Sequence record: CM022109.1
Strand: one strand, 5' to 3'
DNA length: 32,000 nt
The translations under genes and the position numbers were made by a program. The notes under the pieces are model-generated. The model ran no database searches, was not told the DNA's origin, and saw only the letters and a list, made by a program, of their open reading frames with translations. Of the stretch, positions 30,068-32,000 are shown piece after piece. The stretch's first letter is position 1. Every line of letters begins with the position of its first letter.

Positions 30068-30181
30068 ATGAAAGTACGTCCATCAGTTAGAAGAATGTGC
30101 GATAAATGTCGTTTAATTAAACGTAAAGGTACAATTCGTATTATTTGTACGAATCCAAAACATAAACAACGTCAAGGTTAA
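30068..30181 (+). CDS. rpl36: ribosomal protein L36
   Basis: Hand-translated 37 aa: [37 protein letters not shown]. Confidence 0.95.
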   Translation: MKVRPSVRRMCDKCRLIKRKGTIRIICTNPKHKQRQG

Positions 30182-30213
30182 TGTTTTATTTATAAAAATA
30201 TATAATTTTTTAT

Positions 30214-30606
30214 ATGGCAAAAAGAATCGAACGAACTGCGAAAAAGAAATTTCGTGAAAAAGTAGGACGTGGTGTAGCACATATTCAATCTACTTTTAAT
30301 AACACAATTGTAACTATTACAAATGTTAATGGAAATGTTTTAGCCTGGTCATCAGCCGGAGCTTGTGGATTTAAAGGTGCACGTAAAAAAACACCATTTG
30401 CAGCTAAACAAGCTGCAGAAAATGTTGCACAAACATGTGTTAGTCAAGGTATGAAAGAAATTGTAGTCCAAGTAAAAGGAGCCGGTGCTGGTCGTGAAGC
30501 TGCGTTACGTGGTTTATTAGATGCTGGATTATCAATTACTCGAATTCGTGATATTACTCCAATTCCACATAATGGATGTCGTCCACCAAAAAAACGACGC
30601 ATTTAA
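30214..30606 (+). CDS. rps11: ribosomal protein S11
   Basis: 130-aa ORF with [30 protein letters not shown] and [17 protein letters not shown]. Confidence 0.98.
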   Translation: MAKRIERTAKKKFREKVGRGVAHIQSTFNNTIVTITNVNGNVLAWSSAGACGFKGARKKTPFAAKQAAENVAQTCVSQGMKEIVVQVKGAGAGREAALRGLLDAGLSITRIRDITPIPHNGCRPPKKRRI

Positions 30607-30611
30607 TTTTT

Positions 30612-31370
30612 ATGGTTGTTAATAATAAATTTATTTCATATATTGAATCTCGAGTTCAATCTAATAATGAATTATATGGTAGATTTCACATTGGAAGTTT
30701 TAGTAAAGGCCAAGGCCTAACTCTGGCAAATACACTACGCAGAACTCTCTTATCTGAAATACCAGCGCTTCTTATTACAAAGGTAGAAATTGAAGATGTT
30801 TATCATGAATTTGATTCAATTGAAGCAATTCAAGAAAATATTCTTGATGTTTTATTAAATTTTAAAAATTTAAAGTTAAAATTGCTACATTCAGAATTAA
30901 CTGATCAAATTTTTTCAAAGCATAAATATACCGGATATATCAATTATCCTGGTCCAGGCATTATTACTGCAAATGATATACATTTTCCTGAAAATGTTGT
31001 ACCTGTAGATAATACACATTATATTGCTACATGTAGTAATACAGCAATTTTTACTGCGAAATTAGCAATTGAATTTAAGGATCCGAATAATTTAATAAAA
31101 TTAGGATCTTTAAATTCTTCAACAAATGAATTACTTATTCATTCCGTGCCAAAACCAGTTAAACAAGTTAATTATACTATCCAAAAATTATCGAATTTTC
31201 CCGATCAAGAATATATTTCATTAGAAATTTGGACAGATGGAAGTATAGATCCTCAAACAACTTTAACTTACATTTTAAAAAAATTAACAACGAAATTTTT
31301 TCAATTTGCTAATTTATCTGATAAACTTCAAACACCATTTGTGCCTGATGATTTAACGAAAATAAACTAA
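30612..31370 (+). CDS. rpoA: RNA polymerase alpha subunit, N-terminal domain only (252 aa)
   Basis: LYGRFHIGSFSKGQGLTLANTLRRTLLSEIP is the conserved alpha-NTD start, and EIWTDGSIDP marks the end of the NTD. I prefer the ATG at 30612. The ATG at 30576 given by the ORF track overlaps the conserved end of rps11 by 31 nt and adds non-conserved residues. Confidence 0.85.
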   Translation: MVVNNKFISYIESRVQSNNELYGRFHIGSFSKGQGLTLANTLRRTLLSEIPALLITKVEIEDVYHEFDSIEAIQENILDVLLNFKNLKLKLLHSELTDQIFSKHKYTGYINYPGPGIITANDIHFPENVVPVDNTHYIATCSNTAIFTAKLAIEFKDPNNLIKLGSLNSSTNELLIHSVPKPVKQVNYTIQKLSNFPDQEYISLEIWTDGSIDPQTTLTYILKKLTTKFFQFANLSDKLQTPFVPDDLTKIN

Positions 31371-31397
31371 CGACAGACAATCTTATAGATATATATA

Positions 31398-31811
31398 ATG
31401 AACCAATCAATTGATATGACAGGTAATGTAATTAAAGCTGGCGGTCGAAAAAATGCGCAGGCTCAAGTACAATTAATCCCCGGTTCTGGTAATTCAATTA
31501 TTATTAATGGCAAATCCGCGGATTCTTATTTTCAACAAAATGCTGTATATCTACAATGTATTTATACCGTATATGAAATGGTTAAAACTGAAAAAAAATA
31601 TGATGCCATTATTACTGTTGAAGGTGGGGGATTAAGTTCACAATCTCAAGCTATTCGTTTAGCTTTATGTAAAGCTTTTAGTACTTTATTTCCAAATTTA
31701 CGACCATATTTTAAAGAACGTAAATTCTTAACGCGTGATGCTAGAATGAAAGAACGTCGTAAATATGGTTTAAAGAAAGCTCGTAAAGCCCCGCAATTTT
31801 CAAAACGATAA
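31398..31811 (+). CDS. rps9: ribosomal protein S9
   Basis: 137-aa ORF with GGGLSSQSQAIRLALCKA and the C-terminal RKYGLKKARKAPQFSKR. Confidence 0.96.
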   Translation: MNQSIDMTGNVIKAGGRKNAQAQVQLIPGSGNSIIINGKSADSYFQQNAVYLQCIYTVYEMVKTEKKYDAIITVEGGGLSSQSQAIRLALCKAFSTLFPNLRPYFKERKFLTRDARMKERRKYGLKKARKAPQFSKR

Positions 31812-31869
31812 TATTTTTCATTTATTTTTAAATAAACTTCTTAACTAAAAAACAAATTTAAATTCGATT

Positions 31870-32000
31870 ATGTCAACTACAACAAACGAAATCTTAGAAA
31901 AATTAAAATCAATTACTTTATTAGAAGCTGCAGAATTAGTATCACAAATTGAAGAAACATTTGGTGTTGATGCTTCAGCACCAGTTGGTGGTGGTTTTGT
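31870..32000 (+). CDS. rpl12: ribosomal protein L7/L12, 5' part; continues past the right window edge
   Basis: Hand-translated [43 protein letters not shown]... This is the typical L12 N-terminal dimerisation domain followed by the hinge. Confidence 0.9.
   Translation, partial: MSTTTNEILEKLKSITLLEAAELVSQIEETFGVDASAPVGGGF

Noticed and set aside
30576-30611. Upstream ATG at 30576 as the rpoA start (ORF track version)
   Set aside because: It would overlap the conserved C-terminus of rps11 by 31 nt and add 12 residues with no similarity to alpha subunits. The ATG at 30612 fits the conserved N-terminus. This is not excluded experimentally.

Overview
This window is plastid (chloroplast) DNA from a green alga. 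It is not bacterial chromosome or an accessory island. It is AT-rich and densely packed. I count 38 protein genes: 36 complete plus 2 cut by the window edges. There are 10 tRNA genes, one of which (trnL-UAA) is split by a group I intron. Genes on the minus strand run rpoB-rpoC1-rpoC2-trnV-psaI-accD-ftsH (13908 down to 1) and clpP-petB-petD (16204 down to 14322). On the plus strand are psbB-psbT-(psbN antisense)-psbH, then a mixed-strand block of seven tRNA genes plus psbM (18794-20060; trnW and trnP lie further on at 21023-21171). After that comes a roughly 12 kb co-oriented block: rpl20-rps18-(trnW,trnP antisense)-psaJ-rps12-rps7-tufA-rpl19-ycf4-cemA-rpl23-rpl2-rps19-rps3-rpl16-rpl14-rpl5-rps8-infA-rpl36-rps11-rpoA-rps9-rpl12. 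Several features point to a chlorophyte plastid (trebouxiophyte/pedinophyte-like order) rather than a land plant or red-lineage plastid. These are plastid-encoded tufA, rpl19, rpl12, rps9, ftsH and infA, the split rpoC1/rpoC2, a reduced S10-spc-alpha cluster without rpl22, and uninterrupted rps12, rpl2, rpl16, petB, petD, clpP and trnV. The species cannot be named from the sequence alone. I see no defence system, CRISPR array, transposon, prophage or other foreign cassette. The gene content is canonical, and I do not think this window hides a novel multi-gene system. Seven things seem worth a second look. (1) A near-identical 17-18 nt motif sits in the 5' leaders of both psbB and psbH. (2) rpoA ends straight after the alpha N-terminal domain, with no alpha-CTD. 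(3) The trnL group I intron is only 185 nt. (4) ftsH carries about 480 residues between its two transmembrane helices. (5) infA has no AUG start. (6) Near-perfect inverted repeats follow many transcription units, and some are shared by convergent genes. (7) A 251-nt trnC-petD spacer is unassigned and has competing inverted repeats. All coordinates for small genes, tRNAs and hairpins were derived by hand from the sequence.
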